Origin: Phoronis australis
Taxonomy: Eukaryota > Animalia > Phoronida
Direction: 5' to 3'
Length of the DNA: 64,000 nt
NCBI GenBank assembly: GCA_002633005.1
Contig: NMRA01000001.1
Location: 2,148,933 to 2,212,932, forward strand
Numbering within the stretch: the stretch's first letter is position 1; each line of letters starts with the position of its first letter. The notes beneath the pieces were generated by a model. That model did no database searches and was not told the origin of the DNA. It saw nothing but the letters and a program-made list of their open reading frames with translations. Shown one piece after another: positions 1-12,440 of the stretch. Both the position numbers and the translations under genes were made by a program.

Positions 1-177
1 ATTGACGCATATGCCCCCACCTCCACGAGCGTGCTCGCTGGGGAAAGGGTCTAACGAGGCGTTGTACACGCAGCTGTCAGCGTGGTTGTTACACGTGCAG
101 GGTCTGCAGTTGAACGCATTTATCTGGTCACCGACGCGGAATGGCTTATCGTTGTATAACGGCAGACAGGTATCACA
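1..177 (-). CDS. USH2A: USH2A coding exon 9 (partial)
   Basis: CDTCLPLYNDKPFRVGDQINAFNCRPCTCNNHADSC... Confidence 0.92.
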
Positions 178-3100
178 CTAGAACAAATTATAAGCGATCG
201 TGTAAAATCTTGACACTAAAGCAATTACTTTACAATTATTGCATGATATGGTAAACACAACATGAGAGTGAGAATACTCACAAATATAAAGAAATTCTGT
301 AAAAATCAAATACCAAGCACTAAGTCTGATCTTGCCTGACGTTCCACTTTAATTTGTATAGTTCATATGTGGGCCATGGAGGCTGTCAGTATGTCTGAAT
401 ATGAAATATTTTCACTCTTCTGAAACATAGCAGCATCATGTTTGCAGTAACATGCCTACAACCCCCTTACCCACGACCCCCTTACTTACAATCCACTTAC
501 CTACGACCCCCTTACTTAGGACTCCCTTACCTACGACCCCCTTACCTACGACCCCCTTACCCACGACCCCCTTACCCACGACCCCCTTATCTACGACCAC
601 ACTTATGACCTGATAAAAAAGTTTCCAGGTTTTTCAGACACAATTGAGAGTTGCGACACAAGATGTCAAAAACTTGTCTTAGTCTATACGAAAAAGTCTA
701 GAAGAAAATAATGGAAAACAATTGAAACTAAGTGTTTGATTAAGAGAATAGTTAAACAAACAATAAAAGATGTATTAAATCTCATCTAGAAAGGAGAGTT
801 TGAATGAACATTCCCCACACCATGCGGGAGTGGAAAGCTGTTAGGAAAACAGTGAAAAATAAATCATGGGACGAACTAACTTTCGATAGAAACGATAAAT
901 TTTTGTTAGTGATCCAGCATTTCCCTACTTTCCAAAGCTGATAATAACAGATGATCACTAGAAAGACCTGTGGACATTGACTAATAACTAATAACTAATG
1001 CTAGGTATAACGGATCACGCGCAGGCTATATATATTTGACTTACCCTCTTGCCTGTGGTGAAGCTGTCACTGTTGCAGTTACACCTGTACGGTACATTGG
1101 TGTTGCAAGTCTCGGCATGACCATTACAATCACACCTGAGAAGTGAAAATCACCCAGATCATAAAACAGCCAAACAAAGAGTTACTTCAAATGACTTTCA
1201 AAACAAAGTTATTACCAAGAACAGGTTTCAGTGGCTGGCTGCATAAAACAGTCTCAATTGGGACTTAACTATGTTCCGTAAAATTTCAGCGCATTTGTAG
1301 ACTTACTAATGTTAAATCTAAATTTACCTTTACTGTGAACTTCTTTCTCGATAGTTTTTCTATTAATTTATCGGAAAACTGGGCCCTTAATCCAATGAAA
1401 ATTAATAAGAGCATGGATTAAATTACATGAAAAGGACCCTGTTTATTTTAATAGTATTAAAGGCGAAGGGAACCTTTTTTCATGTCATTTTGAGCTAAAA
1501 TAAGGTTGGTTGGTTATCCTAGACATACTTTCCACTTAATTACAGCTTTTCGTAATTTTGTTAATTACTCGTCCGCTACTCCGGAAGTGACGTTTTAGGA
1601 GGCAAGCAATTTCGTTTCATATAGTCTGACTGTGAGAGCTGCCAAGTCAGTCATTGTTCTACCTCGGTTGTGTTAAGTTACGTCGTCGTTTGCTTTCCTT
1701 TACTAGTCAGTCAACATGCCACACTGTTGCTGCGTACCAGGATGTACTCATTATCGTCTCACACGCGCTTTGGGAGTAACTTAGCATCGTTTCCCGATGG
1801 ATGACACACTTCGCCGTACTTGGCTCGTTCGTGTGAAGAACGCAGCGTTACCCGTCCACGCAACGTACAAAGCAGTCGAGAATTTCCGTGTGTGTGGCAA
1901 GCACTTTCTGCCGTCCGATTACGAAAGGGATTTGTACGCTGAACTGATGAAGGTCCCTGCGAAACAGCGCCTGAAGAAGGATGACATTCCGTCAGTGTTG
2001 ATTCCCGACAGTGCCCCGTCGCCACCCCCGAGAAGTGCGTTTTTGAAGAGATAAGCCTCGCGAGCTGTGGCCAGTACAGTGGCTGGAGCCAGTGGAGGCA
2101 CTTCATCCACTGTAACCCGTGCCTCCGAACGTACCCCCAGAGCGTGCCATTCCTGGAACCAGTAGTGATTCGCCCTGTGCTGTTTTCTCCAGCCCAGAGC
2201 CTCTACGCAGCCGTGCAGCGATATTGAGTAGTGGGAGTGATTACAGGCCCAGTTCGACACCTAGTGGAGGACAGTTCGTCGTCCAGTGAACAGATCGGTG
2301 AGCCAAACTTTGATAAGTTTATTGTGGACTTGTCTAAAGTGTTGGAGCTATTTAGAAGGTGCCAGGTGTGTGGCGAGGTAGTCACACGACACGATGTAAG
2401 CAGTTTGGGTGCTCAGGTCACCATCCAGTGGGAGTGTGTCGCGGGACACTCTGGCAAGTGGGACAGTTGTTCCTCTGTCCGTGGTATGCCAGAGGTCCAC
2501 TTAACCGTGTCCAGTAGTGGCTTGGCCTCGTCGAACTCTGAACAGCACAAGCATTCTATTGAGGTAGGCATAACAACGCACACAGTGCATTTGCACCAAG
2601 ATGTGTCACCACATCTGTCCTCAGTAGCCGCCTCGTTTCTCTAAACAGCTGCCTGTGCCTGTGCGTACTCTGCCTCGTTATACTCGGGCTCAAACATGAA
2701 CCCACCCACTGAATGTCCGTGAAAATATTCCTCGTCACCACTGCTGTGAACAAGGTCTTCGTCACTCACACTACTGTCCCTGCGATACGGGTCACCGACT
2801 CCAGCCATTTTCAGCTTACAACACACTAAACAATCCCTAAATCCAACGTAGTTGAGTTCTCTACTAACCTATACTCGCCGATGGAAAGTGGTGGCGACAA
2901 TTGTTGAAAAACAGCACAAAACAAAAGTAGAATAGAACAGTTTCACACGGTAAACTCAACGCAAAACCAAGTGGCGGGAAACGCTTGCCTCCTAAAACGT
3001 CACTTCCGGAGTAGAGGACGAGTAATTAATAAAATTACGAAAAGCTGTAATTAAGTGGAAAATATGTCTAGGATAACCAACCAACCTTATTTTAGCTCCA

Positions 3101-6100
3101 AATGTAATGAAAAAAGGTTGCCTTCGCCTTTAAGAATTCATAAAGTTTAATCCCGTGGTGTATCAGAGATATACCTTGACGCAACAAAGAACATTTTAAA
3201 ATAACGAACAATCAGTGTTTGCACTAAGGTCACGAATCTTAAAAATTTAGCAAACACGTTGCTGCAAATAATTGAAACGTTACCAAATGTTGTTTTCATG
3301 AGATCTACAACTAAACAAACTTCATTTTTTTTGAAAATTTCAATGAAATGACATTTTAACCTGTCTACCGCATCGTGTGCTAAGGAGGGGACAAATTTGC
3401 ATAACGTCACGTAGTAATCTTAACAATGTGCCCATACCTCGCAGTTATAATGAGATCATAAAGTCCGTAGTAATAGTCGCGAGGGAACTGCAGATGGAAC
3501 CGCTGTTGAAGTCGAATCTGCACTTTTGATGCTTGGACAAACTCGTACAAAGCTGGTGTTCCATAGAAGTCATTGTAGCCTGGCCGAGCAACAGGCTCAG
3601 AAGATAGCAGGACGAACGTCACGTTGCCTTTGGAGTACGGGGTTGTGACATTACTGTAATGAACCACAGTTATATTAGTGCGATTCCTTAATCACCAAAT
3701 TGTGACTAAACGTGAGGGGGAAGGAATCACAGATTTGAAGAGACAGACAGGAACGCAGATATAGGACGAAGAGGGTTTGGAGATGGAGAAAAGAAAGAAT
3801 TCAGAGACGGGAAAAGGAATGGTTTGGGGAGGACGACAAATGGTTCAGAGTGTGGAGAAAAGAAAGAATTTAACAACGCAAGAAAATAGAAGGGAAAATG
3901 TTTAGGGGGGAGACAAAAATAACAAATTTAGGGACATGGTCGGAGGAATGGAGAGAAGAGTGAAAAGGAGAGGGAGTAAAAGAGAAAAGTGAGAAGGAGA
4001 GAGAGTGACTTACTTGCAAAAAGAGCTGATTAGCAAAAATTTGCCTTAATTGAATTATTATGCCTAAACAAACGATATATTCATTTCGTACACCACTCAA
4101 GATTTTTTAAAAATTTATTCATTCAGACTTACTTTCCCAGCTGCAAACAATTGACACTGTCGGCATTGGTCAAAGCGCCACCATTTGGCAGGCTGAATGT
4201 GTCCAGGCAGTTCTCGGCATAGTATTGCCATGGCTGCCATTGGTTGGAGCCACTCTTCCATCGCTTGATCGTCATGATTTTTGGCAGAGGACTGTAGAAC
4301 TGCATCACCACGTAGAACACCTAAACAAATGGATTTATTTAATCATCCTATCACCCACATAGCGTAAAAACCAAACCAATAAACGTGAAACTAAGACTAA
4401 TCAAGTTCAGTTGGCTTCTAGCATTAGTTGCTGCATAATAATAAGATATCACACAAACTGGTTGTTATGAATTACAAGTAATGAAGTCAATTACATTATA
4501 TTTAACATCTCCATTGCTTCAACTGTGAAATGAACTCGTACTGTATATTTAGCCAAATATCTACAAAACTCTAGATTTTTAGTCAGTAAAAGTACGTATT
4601 TTGTGGAAGTAGAAATACTGCAAAATTTATTTTTTTACAAATCTGTCATTAATTGGGCCACGTTTATTAGAATACAGCAAAAATTTTGGTACATTGAAGG
4701 CAAAATGGTTATTAATTACCCGACCAAATTTTGTTTGCTATAAATGTTCAAGATGAAATCTCAAAAACGCTGTTACAGTTTTTCAAAATTTTGTTTTCGT
4801 TGTATACAAATTTTGATTTTTTTCATGAGAAACACAAAGTTATATTTTGAAAACCAATTCCAAAACACCTTTCGGAGAAGAATGCCAAAAGAACTGAAAG
4901 TTTCATATATGAATCTGAGAGCAATGTGATCCGCCATTTCTGAAATACGTTTTGAAGTTGGCTGAATTTGGAATTTTTAGGTCAACACATAATGCTAGCT
5001 TGACGAAAAATGCGATTACACAATACAAATCTTGTACACAAGTCACAGCCAATACAGAACTATCTTTGTACTTCAACAGCTACTATACGCCAACTCGTAC
5101 CTGAAAATCATCACCCAAATCGATCTCAATCGTTATATCCATGGAACCAAGCTGTGAGATCCACACACTGTTACTGTCTCCATCATTGAGGTACTGCAGA
5201 GGGTGTGCGTACTCATTGAGTCGCACTACTTCATCGCCTGTGTTGTCGGGTACGCCATTACGAATGCAGTATCTGTCTTGATTCTGTTTGACCCGAGGAT
5301 GAGTCTCTGGGCACCGACAGTCACTCTGTATATACACAGTTGGGAAGGTGCCGCTGTACAACTCTACGATTTCCCTGAGAACAAAGGAACAATTGGCAGA
5401 TTAAAACAAAGAAACTTAAAATTTTAGAGTTATTAGATTTTTTTCATGTGATATATAATTCTGCAAGAAGAGTTCGGTGGTTAAGGCCTTGAATGAAAAG
5501 ATCCCTACTTATTTTCACCAATATTGAGAATTCAACCTCGCAGCGTGAATCAAACACAAAAAAGACTTAATAATGAAAAGAAAGGACAATCGGTGGAACT
5601 TAAGGAACATAGTTGAATCCCTATTTGGAACTGTTCGCGACCAGGCCCTGAGAACTACAAACAGACAGTCATCATAGAATGTAACTTAAAAAAAACCTTA
5701 ACAGCCAAAAATAAAGCAGAAAATCAATCATAGTAAAATCAAAATATTCATAACAAAACAACAGGAACAATAACATGACCAAATTTCGTACGATATAAAT
5801 GTTCAAGGTAAAATCTCAAAAACGCTGTTAAAGTTTTCTAAATTATCGTTAAATTTTCATTTCAAGAAACTAAAACTTTTTCATAAAAATCATAGAAGTC
5901 CCATTTTTGATAGCCCCTCATGCAAAAGTGGAACGTTTTAAAAAAAATTCCAAACACCAGCGTACAAAGCATAGTATCTGAAAGTTCAATCAACCATTTC
6001 TGAGATACGATGTTCTAAAGTTGGCTTTTGTGCAATAGATTTCAGACTTTTTTGCAGCATTGTGATAAAGGATCCCTAAAATGGCCATAGACCATTTTTA

Positions 6101-9100
6101 CAAAATCATACCTGTTTGTCAATGTGACACCATAGAAACGAAACTCCTGAAGGTGTCCCACAAACTGACCAGTGCCTGTAGGACAAATGATCACAATTAT
6201 TTAAGAGTCTTATCCCAACAAATGTTATTAATGAGAACAGATATTTAATATGAAATGCATTCTTGAAGAGTGAATAAATGAGCACTTCTACAAATAATCA
6301 CATTACCATTACAGAAGTCATATTACCATGTGAACACTTTTACAGAAGAGTTATAATACCATGTGAACACCTTTCCTTAAGTGGCACATTAACATGTGAC
6401 CAAACATCTGGGAAAATCTTTTTCATCCAAAATAATTTTTGCTAAACAGACCTTAAAAAGCCTTCCTTGAATGGATTTTTGTTTTCTTCTGATGTATTGG
6501 ACTAAACAGATAGTCCTAGGATTGCTTTAACTACACACATAAATGCAGGTGCATCAAACGACATTTGAAGTAGCCTTTTTGTGCCATACTGCAACCAGCG
6601 AATGACCAACAACATCATTCGCTGGTACCCACAACAGAACTATGTATTATATGAAGTACATACCAGTAAAACACCAAGTTGAGCGGGTGGTGGTGTTCTT
6701 AGCTGTTTAAATTGACAACTGATTCTCATGGTGATATAGACAAAAGTTAGGAAATGAACCTATTCATTCATCACATTTGGCAGTTTATGTTAAAAGTATC
6801 ACTTTGATGACATTTTAGGAACCAAATTTACATAATATTATGCTGGCATTCAAGGTAGGCATTAAAAAAATTTAACAGAGGCTTGACATTTTGGCGTAGC
6901 ACTAATTTTGAAACATTAAAACGCACATAAATTTAACAACTGACCAGAGCTGATGCATACTGAGACTTCCCCCACACCAACAAAAGCATTCCATCTTACC
7001 ATTGAGACTTTGCCCTATGCGTGTTACTGCAGACGTCGCACCTTGAATTTGAGTGGTCAGAGATTCTGTTTCTGAAGACGCAAATGCGAGTCCTCCACCA
7101 TTTTTAAACAAACTGAGCGTCTTGTCATAGACCTAAATTATCAATTATTGCAAATTACAAAAAAATAAACACACATTGAAGAAGGCGAGTTATAAATGCT
7201 ACATGAACCTCATGGATGATTTCAAAAAGATTACACAGATATATCCCCATTGCTAAAATCAGCACAGAAAATATATCTTTGCTTCAGACATTATAAAATT
7301 GAGAATCTTCATTAGGAATAGTGCAGCGGTCTGGATGCAGCTTGGCATAACACAACCATTTGGGAGCAAAACCTCTATGACGTTTGCTGTTATTTATCCG
7401 TGCAACTACATAATTTCTAGAATTCCTGTTTCCACCCAAATTTTGAACCAGTAACAATTCTACTCCGTGCCATGTTTTCTTTACACAAATAAAATACTTA
7501 TTCACGCTTGCGTGTCATTTTTTGTAAATTTTGTTACCTCAACCTGCCTTTGCAAAAGAGTAGGACAGTGTCAAATGTAGTGACATGGCATGCCACAACT
7601 TTTAATCAGACATGGGTTAACCCCAAGAAAAGGCCCTTGAAATGGAAACACAGCTTATATCACCGTATGGGACGACTGTGTCATCTGCAACCATTTTCCA
7701 CACTTTAGCCAGCTTAGAATTGTTAGACACGCCATATCAATACAGTAACAGGGAAGGTTTTTTAAAAAAATTTGGAAGAATAAACACCAAAACCTCACCC
7801 AGTCTCACAGGAAATGGTCATCACTAGCAAAAACTTGGTTCCTGTTTTTCCATAATTTCCATTTATCGGTAATAGCTAACAGCTACCGTATTGATTCACC
7901 TGGATATACATTTAGCTATTCTATACAAACCCCAGATGGATATCTGGATTTGACATCTCGTTGCGCTTATATATTAAGAACAATCTGCCAAGCACTAAGT
8001 TGATCCCACAAGGGCAGATCCAGGGTTTTTTAAAGGGAGGGGTCGGATCAAGAATTCTTTAAAAGCAGGGGTCTAAGTCAACAATTTGAAAATTCTAGGT
8101 TTGATATTACTGAGCTCAAGGAAAAAAAGGGGTCCGGACCCCTTTGACCCCCCTGGATCCACCAATGTCACATAGCTGAAAAGTGAGGCAACGAAAATGC
8201 GTGACGTGAATATCAATAACACGTTCCTATGTTCACGGAAGTGGAACTCTACAGCTTGTCAACAGTGTTCAAAGCACCAAACAATGGTTAGTGTTAACAA
8301 CAAGGAAATGAATATAACACAACGGTCCAACAAAAATCAACATATTATCATGAGTTTTACCATTTCACGGTCATGACTTGAAACTATAGATGAACATTTA
8401 AAAACAATGGAAATATAATAAACTTGGTTGAACAAATATGGCAAATCTAATGTAAAAAATATATGGAAAGAATGGATTAATTGTAAATGACCGAGCACAG
8501 AAAATTCGAAATTTGTTATGGTTAATAATATGAGAGAGTGATAAAATTCCTTAGGTAAACAGGTGATTTGCAGCAGAGCTCACAGCTGGATCAAAAAAGT
8601 ATTTGTATAAAAGGTGTGGTCATATAGTTATGACTCACACTCAGTCAGAGTTGCATTGGCATGGGTGATGGGACACCTGAATACTTCATGAACCAGCACA
8701 GGCATATGAACCAAGTCAATCTACAGATAAATGCTAAAGTGGCCAATGAAAATTCACCTTGATAACGTTTCTCACAACATAAATATTGAATAACAATCGA
8801 TACAATGAAAAGCAGGTGAGTCACGACAGTGGAGCCTATAAATTATTGACTATCAGTGATGCCACAAAGAGTTACCGAACTCTGGCAGTAGCAGCGATAA
8901 TAAACATCGATAAAGAATTACTTGAATAATATGGATGAATTAGTCTCATAATCAACAGCAATACAGTATAGTGACCAGCACTCTTCAGGCTATGGAGGAC
9001 CTTATGGTCAAAACTGTGCATTCAGACAATTCTCAACAAAAGTACCTATCTTAACTTAAATTAAAGTATATATTTCCTCAAAGTGGAAAGCCTGAGCAAC

Positions 9101-12100
9101 TTATTACTTTTGACTATATACCAAACTGTTTTTAGTAAAGTCTAGCAAGAAAGAAAGGTCCATCCATAGCAAAACAGTGGTATCAACAACATTGAACAAA
9201 TTTCATGAGATATAAATTTTCAAGGTGAAAAATACAAAAACCATTGCAGCATTCTAAATCGGCATTTCGTTTTCACTTTATGTATTAACTTAATTTTTTC
9301 CCAAAAATCATAAGAGTCCTGTTTTTATGCCCCTCATGCAAAAGTGGAACATTTTAAGATCAATTCCTAACAGAGATTTGGAGAACAGTGAATAAAGTAT
9401 AGCAAATAAAAGTCTCATAAGAATTAAACCATCAATTTCTGAGATGTGATGGTCCAACATCAGCCAAATTGGTACATTTGACATTCTGTAGGATCCTGCA
9501 TAACCTCAAAGAATAAGCTTATTGGATCAAGTAACTCACTTGAGGTAAATAATAAACATTCCACAATCTTTACAGATTGACATTATTAGCAAATTGGTTT
9601 AACTACCCGTCCAGTACCTATCCCACTGCTGACTGCCCAGGCCATTTAATAAACCAATATGAAAATGCTTTCGATGCCACAGTAGAAAACAAATGAAATC
9701 GTTCTTCCATTCCTTTTTTACAGAGGAATTCAACAAAGGGACATAGGGGTGTAACAAGTTCCTCAGTACCTCACTACACAGTATAAAAAAGCATTGGTGT
9801 TAGTCTTACAAACTCGTTTTCTACATTATTCAAATTTGACACCATAGAGCTAAGTTTAAAAAATCCATATTCAAAATTATTCGCATTTGATGGCAACGGT
9901 TCAGGCCCATGTGGTTCAGTTATCAATTTACTTCATAAACCTTATTTCAAATGTGCCAAAAACAGAAGGTAACTCAAATTACCATCTTAATCCATAGATA
10001 TTTAAATGATTCATTTTACATTATTTTTTTACTTCACAGACAAACAAGGTGTCATAGACCCAAGATGTTGAACAGCTCACATCAATTCAATCACGTTCGC
10101 TGCACCACTCATTTACAAATAAATCAATAGTGAACATGTGCAGTCTTACCTGAATGGCCAGGTGTATCCACTCTGTGGCCGGTACAGTTTCTTGCATCTG
10201 TACAGAGGTGGAGCCATAGCGAACAAATACCCTTGAATTCACTATTTGTACACTAAAGATGACACTGCCGCCTACGAAACCTTTCTCAAATAAGGTCCTA
10301 GAAGACAGTTCAATTTTTTACCTTTTTGAATAATAAAATTACAAACATCAACACTTAAAAAGGCAATATTTTGTTGGTAAAAATAACCATATTTGTCAAA
10401 AACTAAAAACCTACAAACTCTGGTTTTCCGCAATAACCGGAAACAGACTGAATTCTTGGAATCTGACTTTTTAACAAAATTAAAGATTTCAAATGGAATT
10501 TACGCATTTCAGTAGTAGAAACTACAATTCAAATATTTTAGGTTGTTAAATTAACAAAGCTAAAGAACATAAATAATGAAATTCAACAACTCTGGCCACA
10601 AATCAATTGATTATCTTTTTGCAGCAGTCCATGTTCAAGTAATTATACATTCTTTCTGAAGGCTTTGAAAAACGATGTAACACGGAGAGAAGCAAGTTTT
10701 TGCTAAATGGAACAGGGGTATACTTAAGCAATTCCAATCTGATAATTTTTAAGTCATAACACTATAAAATAGTACAAGGGAATTTTCTAATTAACAAAAC
10801 CGTAAAAGACAAATTATTTGTTTGCATAAACGGATTTCCCTATTTTTAAAAAAGTAAAACCAAGGTCCCTAGCTAAAATTATCAAAAGTGTATCTAAATA
10901 TAGAAAATTGTAACCATAAATAATCTCTAAAAAATCAAAAAGTGTCATAACAGTAGGCAATGAAATATATGTTTTTGATTGCTTAAAAACAGGTACGGCA
11001 TAAAAAACACAGGTAAAGCTAACACAATAAAAGACGTGCCAAAAAACTTTATAGGGGAAGGTCTTGCATCACGCAACATAGTTACACGTGGCCCTTATGG
11101 GGTAAACATACAATTTGGTTTCCACTAACTAGCATTTCATTTTGATTATTAGACAATACATCAGTACAATATAAAAAATGAAACATTGAAAAGAAAAGAC
11201 CAATCTTAAAATTAATACTCAATTAAACAACAAATTACCTAGACATGAATATGAACATGTTTGTCACCAGAATAACACCACCAAAAAGTTAAAATTACAC
11301 AAAACAAGATGGCCCAACGTGAAAGAGACAATTATGCAGGGGTGATAAAGATTAATCACTGCTCTTAATAACATTAAAAACGTGAAGTTTGAACTGACAT
11401 TTACAAGTATTGATAACTGTGATGAATCTCAAGTGACAAGAAAGCCCCTACTAGTATGCCACAAAACAATTGCGGAGTTCAAAAAGTCTTTTTACCCGGT
11501 GTGGACGATAGGTAGTAACATTACTTTTTGTTGTGTTGCGTCAGTAGCTTGGATACCCACAAGTGGTTTATTAGGCAAGCGGGAGCATTACTTTGAACGA
11601 TTTTATGAATTAATGGAATTACAGTTGTCTAGACCTATCTTTGACATTAAACCACCCAAGCAATAGAGAATGATGAAAACTGAGGCGGGTGTAAACGAAG
11701 ATTATTCTAAAGCTTACAATCTGTAAACTTTCTAAAACTTTACATTGTATCCCTAAGCAACATGAAATTTCTTAGAGTTCTAGCTCTGTTCGTGGGTTAA
11801 CATCAGGTCAACGGGGCATTACACTAAGAGTTCAGTACATAACAGCATTCTGTCAACAACGGAACTCTTATCTAACTCAGCACATCAAAACAGTTCAAGA
11901 CGCTATAAATCATACTCACTGATCAGCATTCGAATCATCAATTCTTCTGACCCATAATGACAATGTAAATGCACCGTTAGCTCCAAAGATTATCTTATCC
12001 GACTGTATGGGTGTAAGGTAGCAGTCTGTCCGTGAACTTTTCTCAAACCTTACTGACTGGCCAGTCGATCCTGGTCTCAGCACAACAGAATCAAGGGACA

Positions 12101-12440
12101 CGCAATCACTCGCTTGCCCTGTTCCGATCCCGGTAGCCAATAAGAGATCAACGTAATCTCCCGGCAGGGCAGTCCGACGAGTACAAGTTTGGTCGCAAAA
12201 ACCCAGCATGCAATCAGCCTGTGGTACGGTGGAGCTTTTGCAGTGTGCCGTGCGAACAGGTATTCCACATGTTGCTTGGCTAGGCTGTGTAGTGATTGGC
12301 TTTTGTTCAGCAGCATTGAAAAGGTTTGGAAATGTCCTTGTCGGTAACTGAGCACTAACAATGTGCATTTGGTAGATAACAAATAAAAGGAATGGTATCA
12401 TGGGGTGTTTAAACCCTGTAGTCTGTGAATATTTATACAT
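1..12440 (-). CDS. USH2A: Usherin (USH2A-like), 5' portion; continues beyond the left edge
   Basis: Coding exons 12440-11920, 10297-10150, 7132-7000, 6175-6112, 5374-5101, 4320-4133, 3653-3438, 1135-1045, 177-<1; all GT-AG and phase-consistent (604 codons in window). Domain order is signal peptide, LamG-like (WIHLAIQ, IGQSLNG, QFVGHLQEFRFY), laminin N-terminal (CRCPETHPRV, WQPWQYYAENC, RPGYNDFY) and laminin EGF repeats (CLPLYNDKPF, DPFPSEHARGGGGIC), matching usherin. Confidence 0.95.
456..605. repeat. 15-bp minisatellite (CTACGACCCCCTTAC), about 10 copies
   Basis: Directly visible tandem units in the USH2A intron. Confidence 0.9.
1045..1135 (-). CDS. USH2A: USH2A coding exon 8
   Basis: CDCNGHAETCNTNVPYRCNCNSDSFTTGKR (laminin EGF). 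Confidence 0.92.
1716..2512 (+). pseudogene. THAP-domain Kolobok transposase, N-terminal remnant
   Basis: MPHCCCVPGC...*HRFP...W...RVCGKHF...LKKDDIPSV (C2CH THAP); stops at 1782 and 2052 and frameshifts; then KFIVDLSKVLELFRRCQVCG...WECVAGHSGKWDS zinc-finger-like block; catalytic domain absent. Confidence 0.82.
2508..2808 (-). pseudogene. Kolobok accessory gene (KolX / P2X7 cytoplasmic ballast-like Cys-rich domain), truncated
   Basis: MAGVGDPY...FMFEPEY...AAV*RNE...DRCGDTSWCKCTVCVVMPTSIECLCCSE; one in-frame TAG at 2641-2643. Confidence 0.75.
3438..3653 (-). CDS. USH2A: USH2A coding exon 7
   Basis: TTPYSKGNVTF...YYGLYDLIITAR. Confidence 0.92.
4133..4320 (-). CDS. USH2A: USH2A coding exon 6
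   Basis: VFYVVMQFYSPLP...DSVNCLQLG. Confidence 0.92.
4720..4970. repeat. Dispersed intronic repeat, copy 1 of 3
   Basis: Shared block ATAAATGTTCAAG.T.AAATCTCAAAAACGCTGTTA...ATTTCTGA.ATACG with about 5777-6025 and 9196-9470; boundaries approximate. Confidence 0.6.
5101..5374 (-). CDS. USH2A: USH2A coding exon 5
   Basis: EIVELYSG...CRCPETHPRV...DLGDDFQ. Confidence 0.92.
5777..6025. repeat. Dispersed intronic repeat, copy 2
   Basis: Shares CCCCTCATGCAAAAGTGGAAC with the 9196-9470 copy. Confidence 0.6.
6112..6175 (-). CDS. USH2A: USH2A coding exon 4
   Basis: GTGQFVGHLQEFRFYGVTLTNR. Confidence 0.9.
7000..7132 (-). CDS. USH2A: USH2A coding exon 3
   Basis: VYDKTLSLFKNG...RIGQSLNG. Confidence 0.9.
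8009..8167. mobile_element. Short hAT-like MITE
   Basis: Imperfect TIRs CAAGGGCAGATCCAGGG / CCCTGGATCCACCAATG; near-TSD TCCCA/TCACA. Confidence 0.6.
9196..9470. repeat. Dispersed intronic repeat, copy 3
   Basis: Similar to the copies at 4720 and 5777. Confidence 0.55.
10150..10297 (-). CDS. USH2A: USH2A coding exon 2
   Basis: TLFEKGFVGGSVIFSV...WIHLAIQ; AG and GTAAG sites. Confidence 0.9.
11920..12440 (-). CDS. USH2A: USH2A coding exon 1
   Basis: ATG 12440 (a second in-frame Met precedes the hydrophobic IPFLLFVIYQMHIVSA); acceptor before 12487; donor CA|GTGAGT. Confidence 0.9.

Larger units (their letters stand above)
1461..3129. mobile_element. Internally deleted Kolobok DNA transposon
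   Basis: TTAA on both sides (1457-1460, 3130-3133); termini AGG...CCT; about 147-bp imperfect TIRs (1461-1607, 2983-3129); THAP/transposase remnant on + and a convergent second gene on -. Confidence 0.88.

Noticed and set aside
456-605. CRISPR or telomeric repeat
   Set aside because: Simple 15-bp minisatellite without spacers; not a telomere motif.
1461-3129. piggyBac or P-element assignment, or a host THAP gene
   Set aside because: Termini are AGG/CCT rather than CCC/GGG, the TSD is TTAA rather than 8 bp, a convergent second gene is present, and the THAP frame has stops and lies between TIRs.
3715-4010. Purine-rich tract and ORF 3870-4100
   Set aside because: Low-complexity intronic sequence with a short local duplication; the ORF is compositional.
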